From a virus (Duplodnaviria; Caudoviricetes), in the IMG/VR virus record IMGVR_UViG_3300032038_000005, positions 32,001-96,000 of that record: DNA of 64,000 nucleotides; one strand, given 5' to 3'. Position numbers and translations under genes: made by a program. The notes beneath the pieces were generated by a model that was not told where the DNA came from, made no database searches, and saw only the letters and a program-made list of their open reading frames with translations. Shown in pieces: positions 41,133 to 50,585 of the stretch. The first letter of the stretch is position 1. Every line of letters begins with the position of its first letter.

Positions 41133-42899
41133 TTAATCCAATGGAATTAAGTTTATCTCCATATTTTCCAGCCTCCGAGATACGCGGAAAAGTAATGTCT
41201 GAGAAATATCGCTAATGGGAATGTGGCGATCTACATGACCACAATAGGGACATGTAATCTCATCCAAATAGAATTCCGCCGGTGCAGACATACTGTGTGC
41301 ATCCATTGCAAGTTTTACAATCAACATAGAATCTCTCATCAATTTGATATTGTTGATCTGCTTTTCGATCTCTTCCCATTTTGTGAAACGGTATTCTTTA
41401 TTCGGGTTATTCGGATCTGGAACGTTGATTGCAGAGATTCTAAGCAGGCATGCCATCTTGTATGCAAAATTCATCAATGTAGGATCACCAATCAATGTCT
41501 CTTCATCGAAGTTGTCCATGTTTGGATCTTCCGGTCTCTTCTCGGCATATTTCTCAATAATGAGTGGGAGCTTTTCATGGACATATTCATATGCAGACGG
41601 CTCATTGATTTCCACAATAATACCCGTTTCAGGAAGCTTGTAACGTGTACGCTTCTTATTAATCTCATTGAATAACTGTATCGCGCTTGGTCCTGGTGCG
41701 GCATTATGTACACTCCAATATTTCTTAGGAAGTCTGTCTTCCTTCAGATGGATAATGGTTCTTGGAACATATGTGATTTCATGACGTTTTGCACAGTTAG
41801 GATTTCCACAAACGATGGTAAGTTTTTCTGTTTCATCAGCAGTTGCTGTTAACACAGCCCATTCCAGAATCGGAATATCTGCATATTTTGTCTTTTTCAA
41901 GAAATCTTCAAAGTTTTCAAATGCACCGATGGAAACATTCTTGATGTGATCGTAGATAACACTCATCTTCTGTACTTGGAAATCTGTCTTAGAATTGGAA
42001 GATGGTGCAGCCAAATCAATGGATTCAAACCAGTTGACAGGACGAATCACACATTTGTATCCGGATAATGGTAATGTAACAGGAACATCATTCAGATTAG
42101 ATTCATATGGATGGATAATACCAGGTGTAACGGGATTCTCAATGACAGTAACCGCTTTCATTTCTTCTTCTGTTACTTCACGAACATGAACATTCACAAC
42201 ATTGGTTCTGGTTGTTGCGATTTCTGCAACTTCCTCCGGAATATTAACAACCACATCTCTTGTTCCAGCTTCTACATCAATATTGATTGTCATCGGCTCT
42301 GCACTTGGAGCTGCGGCATTTCCTGTCGACTGTACATTCGTTGTCGATGCATCTGCCACGGGATAAGCGTTTCCTGTTTGGGGATCTACATGTTCCCAAT
42401 TGTTCAGAATGACTTGTTCAAATTCTGGTGTAATTTCGTCTCCATTCTGATAATATAAAGACAATAAGTCACCTTGTACAAAACGTTGCTTCTCTTTTGG
42501 AATACCACCGGTAAGATGGTATTTTGCTTTGACCTTTTCAATCATACCGGTAACAACAGCAAGATGGTCTGCTTGTAAACCAACTGCTTCTGCCTGGAAC
42601 TCAGGATCCAGTGAACGTGGAGGCATCTCTTTTACCGGCTTCTCATTTGCTCTGCGCTCTGCAAAAATTGCCTCTTTCCGAGCACGTTCTTCCTCTTCAA
42701 GACGCTGTTCTTCTTCTGCAAGTTCTTTCTCAAAATCATTTACACCATAAATATCATCATCCATATACTCTTCAGGTGGAGTGATTTTATTCACAACCGG
42801 TGTCGGTGGTTCGTCATCTTCTGTTGGAATACCAAACGCCTCTTGCGTTTGCTTAATGATATTTTCCAGCGGATCGACAAATCCATTATTCTCTGCCAT
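41133..42899 (-). CDS. baseplate-hub/tail assembly chaperone-like protein with Zn motifs
   Basis: VTLPLSG, CGNPNC and CPYCG; acidic disordered N-terminus; family call is inference. Confidence 0.5.
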   Translation of the reverse strand: MAENNGFVDPLENIIKQTQEAFGIPTEDDEPPTPVVNKITPPEEYMDDDIYGVNDFEKELAEEEQRLEEEERARKEAIFAERRANEKPVKEMPPRSLDPEFQAEAVGLQADHLAVVTGMIEKVKAKYHLTGGIPKEKQRFVQGDLLSLYYQNGDEITPEFEQVILNNWEHVDPQTGNAYPVADASTTNVQSTGNAAAPSAEPMTINIDVEAGTRDVVVNIPEEVAEIATTRTNVVNVHVREVTEEEMKAVTVIENPVTPGIIHPYESNLNDVPVTLPLSGYKCVIRPVNWFESIDLAAPSSNSKTDFQVQKMSVIYDHIKNVSIGAFENFEDFLKKTKYADIPILEWAVLTATADETEKLTIVCGNPNCAKRHEITYVPRTIIHLKEDRLPKKYWSVHNAAPGPSAIQLFNEINKKRTRYKLPETGIIVEINEPSAYEYVHEKLPLIIEKYAEKRPEDPNMDNFDEETLIGDPTLMNFAYKMACLLRISAINVPDPNNPNKEYRFTKWEEIEKQINNIKLMRDSMLIVKLAMDAHSMSAPAEFYLDEITCPYCGHVDRHIPISDISQTLLFRVSRRLENMEINLIPLD

Positions 42900-42930
42900 A
42901 ATGAAACATCTCCTTATAAGTATTTCTGGT

Positions 42931-42949
42931 ATACATATCATTGATAAGA
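42931..42949 (+). promoter_or_regulatory. putative early promoter
   Basis: ATACATATCATTGATAAGA. Confidence 0.45.
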
Positions 42950-42974
42950 ATACCAGATGAAAGGGGTCATGTAC

Positions 42975-43673
42975 ATGCATGAAAAATTATTATGGACCAA
43001 TGACAATATCCAATTTTTGTTTCACACAAACATCATGGAATATGACATGGTCGCAGCATCGTTATCCGTATCAAAGAGATTCCAGCTGTTGGATAACGAA
43101 ACAATTGCACAGCTGAATCTATTGCCTAAGAAAGAAAGAACAAGAAGAGTGGGACTCATCCAAAAGGATGATAAAATATATTCAGAGAAGCTATTGAATG
43201 GTATTATAAATATTAGAAAAACATTTCTGGAAAATAATGGTTTAGACGAAACCAATGTTTTATCATTGCATTCTGACGCAGTGCTGTTCCAGTCTAAGAA
43301 GAAGATTCAAACAATCGCTGATGGAGTGGAATTCAAGAAGAAAGGACAATGGACAAGTTATCTTCGTTACCATAACATTGAGATGTTTTATGGGGATGGA
43401 TATATCACATACAAGAACATCAACAAAGAGATGCTGAAGGAACATACAATGGGCATTAATATGTATCTGATCAAAGTCTTTCAGATGATTGAAGACTATG
43501 ACGAAGAAGTATTATCGTTCTTATCAAAGTTCCAGACACAATATCTACAAGACAAATTGCCGGAATATGATTACCTGTCATTCGGTAAAGTCGCACAGTA
43601 TAAAACGTATAATATGCAACTGTTTGCATTCATTGCAAATGTTGTATTACAAGAAATGAGAGGGTGGAGATAA
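42975..43673 (+). CDS. small protein with DNA polymerase palm-like motifs
   Basis: IMEYDMVAASLS (motif A-like) and VLSLHSDAVL (motif C-like). Confidence 0.5.
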   Translation: MHEKLLWTNDNIQFLFHTNIMEYDMVAASLSVSKRFQLLDNETIAQLNLLPKKERTRRVGLIQKDDKIYSEKLLNGIINIRKTFLENNGLDETNVLSLHSDAVLFQSKKKIQTIADGVEFKKKGQWTSYLRYHNIEMFYGDGYITYKNINKEMLKEHTMGINMYLIKVFQMIEDYDEEVLSFLSKFQTQYLQDKLPEYDYLSFGKVAQYKTYNMQLFAFIANVVLQEMRGWR

Positions 43674-44335
43674 TGTATCGTATTCGATTTAGACCGTATC
43701 GCATTAACTACAAAATTGGTGATGATAATACGTTAGCTTGTTATCGCGTTTATTCACAGGACATGACAATGATGCAGATGTTCATCAAACAACATAACTT
43801 TGACCCGCAACAAACGTATATTGAAAACATCCCAGATGAATTAGCAGGTGAAGATGATTTGGATGCACATGAATTGAAGTTCATCAGATTACAAAGTAAT
43901 GAAGACAATACTGTCCATCAGATTGTCACATCGACACATCTGTTCGACTTAGCAGTTGATTATGTGACGAACGAGTTATCCAATTTTCTGTTATTTGGAA
44001 CGACAATTCTCCGTCGTGATATTCAGGCCATCGACGTTGTTGTGAAATGCTTGGAGTCATTACCGTATACGCAGATTCTTGACCACTTGTTGATGGATGA
44101 CCAATCCACATATAATTATGCATTGGATGACACATCATGGATGAATGTAAAGAAAACAATCGACCAGATTACAAAAACCCCGGATTGGGATGCGTATGAT
44201 TTATCATTCCTTTACGAATTGATTGAACAAGGTTGTCATGGTGATGTCATGCCTATCACGTTAGAGGCATATGTAAAATCATTCGTAGAATTGATTAAGG
44301 GTGATACAATTCCCAATTGGGATGAACCATTTTAA
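43673..44335 (+). CDS. hypothetical protein
   Basis: 220-aa ORF coupled to the upstream stop (TAATG). Confidence 0.75.
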   Translation: MYRIRFRPYRINYKIGDDNTLACYRVYSQDMTMMQMFIKQHNFDPQQTYIENIPDELAGEDDLDAHELKFIRLQSNEDNTVHQIVTSTHLFDLAVDYVTNELSNFLLFGTTILRRDIQAIDVVVKCLESLPYTQILDHLLMDDQSTYNYALDDTSWMNVKKTIDQITKTPDWDAYDLSFLYELIEQGCHGDVMPITLEAYVKSFVELIKGDTIPNWDEPF

Positions 44336-44354
44336 ACAAATAGGAGGAATGTAT

Positions 44355-44750
44355 ATGGCAAAGAAAATAGTAACCCCAAGTGAACTTGTCATCAGTCACA
44401 AGCCGAAGAACTTCAAGTATCGGTATATTATCAAAGACGATGCGTTTCTCAAAGCACTGGAACAGGAGCAGTTCAACTTTGATGAACTGGATACGATTCA
44501 TAACGACATGCTTGTTCATGAAGCATTGCAGTGTGAAATGCAATTGTATGAAAGGACCATCATCGGAAAAGCCAAAGAACCGACTGTCATGGAAAATGGT
44601 GTGATTGTATCTAAGAGGATGGTCACAAAAGCTGATAAGAAATTACAGCAGTTTGGTATCGGATATTTCGATTATGATAATATGCATTATGTCGTCATGC
44701 GAATGTATTATGAGAAATTTGATATCATTGAAATCTTCGTGTTAACGTAA
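44355..44750 (+). CDS. hypothetical protein
   Basis: AGGAGG SD; 131 aa. Confidence 0.75.
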   Translation: MAKKIVTPSELVISHKPKNFKYRYIIKDDAFLKALEQEQFNFDELDTIHNDMLVHEALQCEMQLYERTIIGKAKEPTVMENGVIVSKRMVTKADKKLQQFGIGYFDYDNMHYVVMRMYYEKFDIIEIFVLT

Positions 44751-44756
44751 ACAGAA

Positions 44757-44797
44757 ATGGTGGGGCATATGCCCCACCACCATCTGTATATTTTTTG
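44757..44797. terminator. bidirectional terminator
   Basis: ggtggggc-atat-gccccacc between convergent genes. Confidence 0.7.
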
Positions 44798-44800
44798 TCG

Positions 44801-45946
44801 TCAAGATGTTGTAGTCTGACTTGAAGGATTTGCATATGATGCATAGCTTGTTGTATCATCAACATCAGTCCAGATCTGCTGTTGATCCTGATCCAGACCA
44901 AAATACTGGCTATGAGAAGCCGGCGTAATCGTATAATCAGTAAGACCTTGACGTTCATCAAATTTGCCTTCAGGTTTGAATGCGGGATAGTTGCCTGCAT
45001 CGGTCTGTACAGCATCTTTATTCGGGCGTTTACCACTGTTAAACATTTTCGTATCAATCCTTGTAGAGTTCTTAGATGTGAAGAATGCATCACCAGCACC
45101 AGGGTTGAAGTTCATGGAATTACCAAAGATTGCAAACTGGTTGACATATCTGGAAGCCAAGTCATTGATGTATGCAGACTGTACAAACTGACAGTTGTAT
45201 GTTAGATTCAATTTTTGAATTTCAGACTGTCCTGTGTTTGTGTGGTTGAAAATCTCAGAACCAACTTGTCCTTGTGGAATACAGCCTAATGCAGCAACTG
45301 CACCTTCAACACGAGCACCGCTTCTGTCAAGAGCGATGATTAAGAATTCAGCAACTTCCCATGCGGGAGAAGGTTCCAGAGCCTCCGTTGTTCCACTTCC
45401 ATCAGTACTAAAGATCTTGCGGTTAATACCATTGGAATCGACCCATCCAGCAACATTACCAAGATATGTTGCGAAGCCAGTAATACTGTCAGCAATACCA
45501 TTAACCCACATATTATGTACATTGGCCATAGGACGACCTACCAGTTCAGGAACTGTAATGGTGAGGGTCTGACCTTGCTGTGCATTCTGTGTAGTCGGGA
45601 TAGGAATGGTTCTTCCTGCGAAACCGCCTTGAAGCTGAGTCGTTCCAAGCTGTTGGTCTTGAATATTACATGTAATACCCATGTTGTAATATTCCAACAC
45701 TTTTTTGTATGTGAAGAATGGTGAAGCAGAATCATAACTGTTCGTTGCATTAAAATATTTCATCAAGAAATAAGGTCCACGATACATCACACAAATCACT
45801 CTGTTGGTGGTTTCAGGACTTAAGCTTCGTAGTGTGTGAATATCTGGAGTCAAGCCACCGAGCATACCTGTATATTGACCCAAGTCACCATTGTATTCAC
45901 GAATACCAGATTGAAGGGTAATTCTGTTTGTTGACATTTTTGCCAT
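44801..45946 (-). CDS. tail tube protein
   Basis: Directly downstream of the sheath gene; LTITVPELVG.P....HNMWVNGIAD tube-like motif. Confidence 0.7.
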   Translation of the reverse strand: MAKMSTNRITLQSGIREYNGDLGQYTGMLGGLTPDIHTLRSLSPETTNRVICVMYRGPYFLMKYFNATNSYDSASPFFTYKKVLEYYNMGITCNIQDQQLGTTQLQGGFAGRTIPIPTTQNAQQGQTLTITVPELVGRPMANVHNMWVNGIADSITGFATYLGNVAGWVDSNGINRKIFSTDGSGTTEALEPSPAWEVAEFLIIALDRSGARVEGAVAALGCIPQGQVGSEIFNHTNTGQSEIQKLNLTYNCQFVQSAYINDLASRYVNQFAIFGNSMNFNPGAGDAFFTSKNSTRIDTKMFNSGKRPNKDAVQTDAGNYPAFKPEGKFDERQGLTDYTITPASHSQYFGLDQDQQQIWTDVDDTTSYASYANPSSQTTTS

Positions 45947-45964
45947 ATCATTTCACTCCTTTCT

Positions 45965-48900
45965 TTAAGAAGTACGTCTATTCACATTCACGATGATCGG
46001 TACACGGAGTAACAGTCCACGGAATGTAACATCGACATAGCAAACAACAATGTCTCCACCATCAGTATTCAGGTCTCTTTCAAAACGGATGTTGAGAGAT
46101 TCCACACGAGTACCAACCCAGTTGGAGAAGATGTTGTTAATGGATTCCGTCATAGATGTGAGGATACCGTCATCCACATATTCCAGTAGCCAACTGTCAA
46201 GTTGGTTCTGAAGCAGATAGATCAACTGAGACAGTGTTCTCATGTTATTTTCCTGGAGAAGATCAGATGTACCAGTTTCTTCACGATACAGTGTTCTCTG
46301 GGATTTACGTTTGAGATTACCGTTGATATCAAGAACCCAGCTATTACCACCAGAAGAATACATCAGTTCTTCCAGATCCCAGCTTGTTGCATCAATGTTC
46401 GGGAAGAACTCTGTCCATTCGTCAGCTGGAACTTGTGCATAGTTATTAACAAACGGCTTGTTGATGGTGAATCGATTACAGTGTCTGAAGAGACCATCTA
46501 CAATTCTCTTGACATATGTGTATCTGATGCCGTTTAGTGCAGATACATAACCACCGATATCCCAAGAAGCATTTGGATTTGTAAATCTTGTCTGGAAAGA
46601 AGAATTCATCTTCTTCACAACTTCAATATCTGCAAAGCCAGAGTCAAGATATAACTGCAATCCAGAACCAGGCCCAACCGGACGTTTATCTTCCGGAATA
46701 CCCTGATAGCATCTCTGGATCATCAAATCATACATTGCTTGCTTTACGTCGATATCTGCATAAATGTGTTTTCCCTTTACGATGTCCTGATTCAATGCAT
46801 AATTTTCCTTTTCTTCATCAGTAAAGATTGTAGATGCATAAACCAAATCTTCGGTTGTGGGTTTGGAATATGGTAATGCTTTGATACCAAGAACCGTGTT
46901 ATATCCTGCGTCAAACAGGAACTTTGCTGGACATCTTGTGGTGGATAGAATACGGGGATCCACATCACCCTTGAATACCTTTACCAGCAATTCAGAGTAT
47001 TTCAGTTTCCGTTCGATATCGGAAATCTTTGGGTCATCAAAGAATCCAGAATAACCACCCGCAACATTCAAACCACCATTCTCAGACAGTGTGGAAATAC
47101 CATATTGACTGGAATAGTAATTCTTTTGTGGGTACACATTTGTATTCGCAATCTTAAACACGTTCAATGCTTGTCCAGTGATGCAATATCTGTACAGATA
47201 TTCTTCAATGGAAGAATGTTCTTTCACCCATGCTGCATCGGATGTTGCATTCAGATATGCGGTATCATCTGTGAAAGAAACATCATACATTGTACCGATA
47301 ATGTCATCATCCACATCAATCGAAGTGGGAGGTGTACCAACCCTGATATTGTTCTTTGTATAAATGGGAAGTGTTAGCAAATGAATTGTTTTTTCTCCAG
47401 TTTCATTTGTTGTGACATACGTATTCTCGATGATTTGTGCAATATTGTATACATTGTTCGCAATCTCTTCTGTTTGATAAGTTGCACTTGCTTTTGTATT
47501 ATCACTGAACATATCGACATCATTGATGACAAGTGAACCAATCTTTGTGAATGCACCAGCATTGGAGGTACATGTATCAAATGCTGCTGTTTCGGTATAA
47601 AGATGATCAACATCTGTAGTATAGTCGATACCAGTCTGAGAATAGAGACCCAAGATATCATAAATACCTTCGCCAGAATAATGAGAGGTGTAATCCAGAT
47701 AACGATAGATATTGGATCCATACTTGTAAACTGCGTTGATCCTGCTGTAGTTTGTGTTTTCAACATCTTCCACATCAGATACCAATAAGAGTTTAAATGT
47801 CTTAACATTATCCGCATTTGTATATCCAACGGCAATAACATCTTTCTCTTTCAGTTTGATGTCCTTCTTTGCCAAATCAGCATTTACTTTAGTAAGCAAT
47901 TGATCATCAGTGGGATTGGTGCTATCGACATATTCAAAGTATTTTGAAATCTGAACAGTATCAGTTTCATCTTCAACTTTATAGTCTTCAGATACTCGTT
48001 TTACCTTATTAATTGCCATGGAAGTGACAGCACCGGTATAGCTATTGATATTGGAAACAATATGAATGGTCGGGCATGTCTCTGCATTAACGAGGTAAAT
48101 CGTACCAGGTACAACAGAAGTTGTCTTAAAACCACTCGTTGCAATGTTTCCATTTGTATTAGCTTCCGTTTTATTTGCATCTGTTACGCCATACAATGTC
48201 TTGAAATAACTCTCCAATTTCTTCTGATAAATGATATTGACAATCTGATCAGCTTTAGGAGCTGTTGTAGATGTAATGTTTTCCAGTACATAATAAGTGT
48301 CATTAGATGACGGATCCCAAGTTGTATCTTCATCAACTGCAACAAACTTTCCATTGCTATCCTTTGTATAGAAATTTGTCGGCCAATTTTCTGGTTCAGG
48401 ACAACCGGTTTCATTCGGAACAAGTGCATTAGATGTATTTAATGGATCTGCTATGGCATATTTACTAACATCATCGACATCATCCGTTGCATAATATGTC
48501 GTATCAGGATCATATACTGAACCTAATGCAACATCTGTGAAATCACCAACAGCTGTAGGTGTTGTCTCAGTAGTGGTGAAATATCCACTTGTATTAAATT
48601 TCCATGAAAGAACAGATTGTGTCTTCTGATACTCTTTGATGGTCGGACCAACTACAACGATGTTATCATTATCCAATTTCGGAATATCGGGATCGATGGT
48701 ATTCACTCTCAGGAAGGGAATGTCAATAATCTGATCCTGATAAATAAATTTACCAAAGATCGGATCAAACAGATTCACATTCATAAGTTTACCAATGCTC
48801 TTGTAAGTTTTCAGTCTAACACTGGTAATGTTTTTTTCATCAATTAATTGTGCATCAAAGAATGTTCTCCATTCTTTATAGATGTTTTTGATCACGCTTT

Positions 48901-49747
48901 CATTGACATATGGAATCATGATGGAAGAACCTTCCAAACGTTTCTTCATCTGAACATTCACGGTGTCCATCTGTGTGGCAACACCATATGCAGAAAGCTT
49001 TGTTGCCTCATTGATCAGAGATGCAGTAAATCTTTCAATCTCGACATTTTCCGACATGCGAGTGTCAATTGTACCGAAGTTATATACTGCATTCTTGTAT
49101 TTCTTCTGCTGATCAAAAGATGGCTTGTTAATATAGATAGAAAAGTCATTATAGGCAGAGCCTCTACCGGCGGACACATAAGTCATTAAGACTTCACGTT
49201 TCCACGGATGTTCTGGATCAAGAGGATCGTCCAATGTATCTTTTGCCAATCTGGTAAATGTCATTTTTGCCAGTCTCTCCGTATTCGCAAAAGAGGAAAT
49301 GTCAATTGCTGCAGATGTGATATTTTCTACTGGAGCCTGATTCAGTCTAATCTCAACGACTTTGTCATCTTTGGTGTTGATGATCCTCCAATCGATGAAG
49401 ATGACAACAATGCCGTATGTTGCATCAGAAGGAGTCACACGAATCAACTTAACCGGTACACCCTGAGAAATCAGACTTGCTGGATATTCACAAGCCTGAC
49501 CATATTTCTCAATATCAGAAGTTGTCAATGTATCCGCACCGAATGCTTTATTCAGAACATCAGAACGTGTAATTGTCACAATTCTGTTGTCGACACCCAT
49601 GGGCATACCAGTTGCAACGATTGTCGCAAACAATGATGGATCATAAGTGATCGTCACCGGAGTGTCACCAGTATACATGGAATTGTCAACAATGTGAACC
49701 AAGGTATGGGGGAATGAATACTTTAGTCCAAATCTTGAATCAATCAT
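45965..49747 (-). CDS. tail sheath protein with a large central insertion
   Basis: N-terminal PHTLVHIVDNS..FG..KYGQ, GRGSAYN, FDAGY, C-terminal LLQENNMR..CYVDVTFRG; 1260 aa. Confidence 0.8.
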   Translation of the reverse strand: MIDSRFGLKYSFPHTLVHIVDNSMYTGDTPVTITYDPSLFATIVATGMPMGVDNRIVTITRSDVLNKAFGADTLTTSDIEKYGQACEYPASLISQGVPVKLIRVTPSDATYGIVVIFIDWRIINTKDDKVVEIRLNQAPVENITSAAIDISSFANTERLAKMTFTRLAKDTLDDPLDPEHPWKREVLMTYVSAGRGSAYNDFSIYINKPSFDQQKKYKNAVYNFGTIDTRMSENVEIERFTASLINEATKLSAYGVATQMDTVNVQMKKRLEGSSIMIPYVNESVIKNIYKEWRTFFDAQLIDEKNITSVRLKTYKSIGKLMNVNLFDPIFGKFIYQDQIIDIPFLRVNTIDPDIPKLDNDNIVVVGPTIKEYQKTQSVLSWKFNTSGYFTTTETTPTAVGDFTDVALGSVYDPDTTYYATDDVDDVSKYAIADPLNTSNALVPNETGCPEPENWPTNFYTKDSNGKFVAVDEDTTWDPSSNDTYYVLENITSTTAPKADQIVNIIYQKKLESYFKTLYGVTDANKTEANTNGNIATSGFKTTSVVPGTIYLVNAETCPTIHIVSNINSYTGAVTSMAINKVKRVSEDYKVEDETDTVQISKYFEYVDSTNPTDDQLLTKVNADLAKKDIKLKEKDVIAVGYTNADNVKTFKLLLVSDVEDVENTNYSRINAVYKYGSNIYRYLDYTSHYSGEGIYDILGLYSQTGIDYTTDVDHLYTETAAFDTCTSNAGAFTKIGSLVINDVDMFSDNTKASATYQTEEIANNVYNIAQIIENTYVTTNETGEKTIHLLTLPIYTKNNIRVGTPPTSIDVDDDIIGTMYDVSFTDDTAYLNATSDAAWVKEHSSIEEYLYRYCITGQALNVFKIANTNVYPQKNYYSSQYGISTLSENGGLNVAGGYSGFFDDPKISDIERKLKYSELLVKVFKGDVDPRILSTTRCPAKFLFDAGYNTVLGIKALPYSKPTTEDLVYASTIFTDEEKENYALNQDIVKGKHIYADIDVKQAMYDLMIQRCYQGIPEDKRPVGPGSGLQLYLDSGFADIEVVKKMNSSFQTRFTNPNASWDIGGYVSALNGIRYTYVKRIVDGLFRHCNRFTINKPFVNNYAQVPADEWTEFFPNIDATSWDLEELMYSSGGNSWVLDINGNLKRKSQRTLYREETGTSDLLQENNMRTLSQLIYLLQNQLDSWLLEYVDDGILTSMTESINNIFSNWVGTRVESLNIRFERDLNTDGGDIVVCYVDVTFRGLLLRVPIIVNVNRRTS

Positions 49748-49893
49748 ATCCTTATTCTCCTTTACTATAAATTTGGTTTTGTATTAGAATCTATGGAATC
49801 GGATATAGAGCCTAAACAATTATAATTTTGTGTATTATAAGATACTATATTTGAACGCCCCATATGGGGCGTTCTATCATTTTGATTTTTCAT

Positions 49894-49912
49894 ATATATA
49901 TAATTAATATGA
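49894..49912 (+). promoter_or_regulatory. putative early promoter
   Basis: ATATATATAATTAATATGA, one mismatch to 32420-32438. Confidence 0.65.
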
Positions 49913-50044
49913 TATGAAGAAGTGAAATGCTTCTTACATCTCGTCCCAGAGGTGGTTCCTATACTGTTAGGCATATCACATTCACTTGGGCATTGAACTA
50001 AGGCGACTTGTCATCGTCAGTCTAAGGGATGCACCGTGGAGGTG
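49910..50044 (+). ncRNA. conserved structured 5' leader RNA, copy 2
   Basis: Same stem order as 32436-32563, with compensatory changes. Confidence 0.7.
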
Positions 50045-50049
50045 ATTTT

Positions 50050-50499
50050 ATGTTCGATTATCTCAACCCCTATCTGTTCGGGGACAAAGAACAGGATGAT
50101 GTGCCGGAGGCTGTGCCTACTCCGACGCAGCAGAACCCCAGCATCAACTTCAACGTTAATGCTGAGGCGGTAACTGCCTTAGTTAGCGGGTTGGTGGCCA
50201 TTGCCGGCGCCTTTGCGAAAGCGAAGGCACAGGTACCCGCTGCACCGGCAGCACCCGCTGCACCGGCAGCACCCGCTGCTGATGACAACCTCCGTCAGGA
50301 GGTAGCCCAGCTGCAGTCTGGAATGAAATATCTCATTCAGCGGCAGGCAACCGCTGACAGAGATGCAGCCTACGATGCCGCAGAAAAAGCCTTCCAGGCA
50401 GCTGTGACAAAAGACCCCTCCAAAGCAATGGAGGCACTGGCTGGGTACAATGCAGCACGCAAGGCCGCTGACGAAGTCTACCACAAGTTGGTAGGCTAA
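50050..50499 (+). CDS. Ala-rich hypothetical early protein (cassette 2 cargo)
   Basis: GGAGGTG SD; 149 aa; hydrophobic helix followed by a PAA linker. Confidence 0.8.
   Translation: MFDYLNPYLFGDKEQDDVPEAVPTPTQQNPSINFNVNAEAVTALVSGLVAIAGAFAKAKAQVPAAPAAPAAPAAPAADDNLRQEVAQLQSGMKYLIQRQATADRDAAYDAAEKAFQAAVTKDPSKAMEALAGYNAARKAADEVYHKLVG
50235..50279. repeat. 18-bp tandem repeat x2.5 (PAAPAA)
   Basis: acccgctgcaccggcagc repeated. Confidence 0.9.
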
Positions 50500-50509
50500 G
50501 TCAAAACAT

Positions 50510-50585
50510 AATAACCGGGAGCGTTCCGTTCGGGAGCATGCTGATGTCGGCCTGACGCTCCCATTTGCTCCCGGTTATTTTTTTT
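50510..50585 (+). terminator. terminator stem enclosing a conserved structured 3' element, copy 2
   Basis: 14-bp outer stem plus T-run; inner gggagc-atgctgat-gtcg(gcc)tgac-gctccc. Confidence 0.7.

Noticed and set aside
50532-50562. 3' element as a hammerhead ribozyme or group II intron domain V
   Set aside because: CTGATGT is not CUGANGA and there is no GAAA/UH core; the AGC is not followed by the domain V geometry, and there is no GUGYG 5' end.
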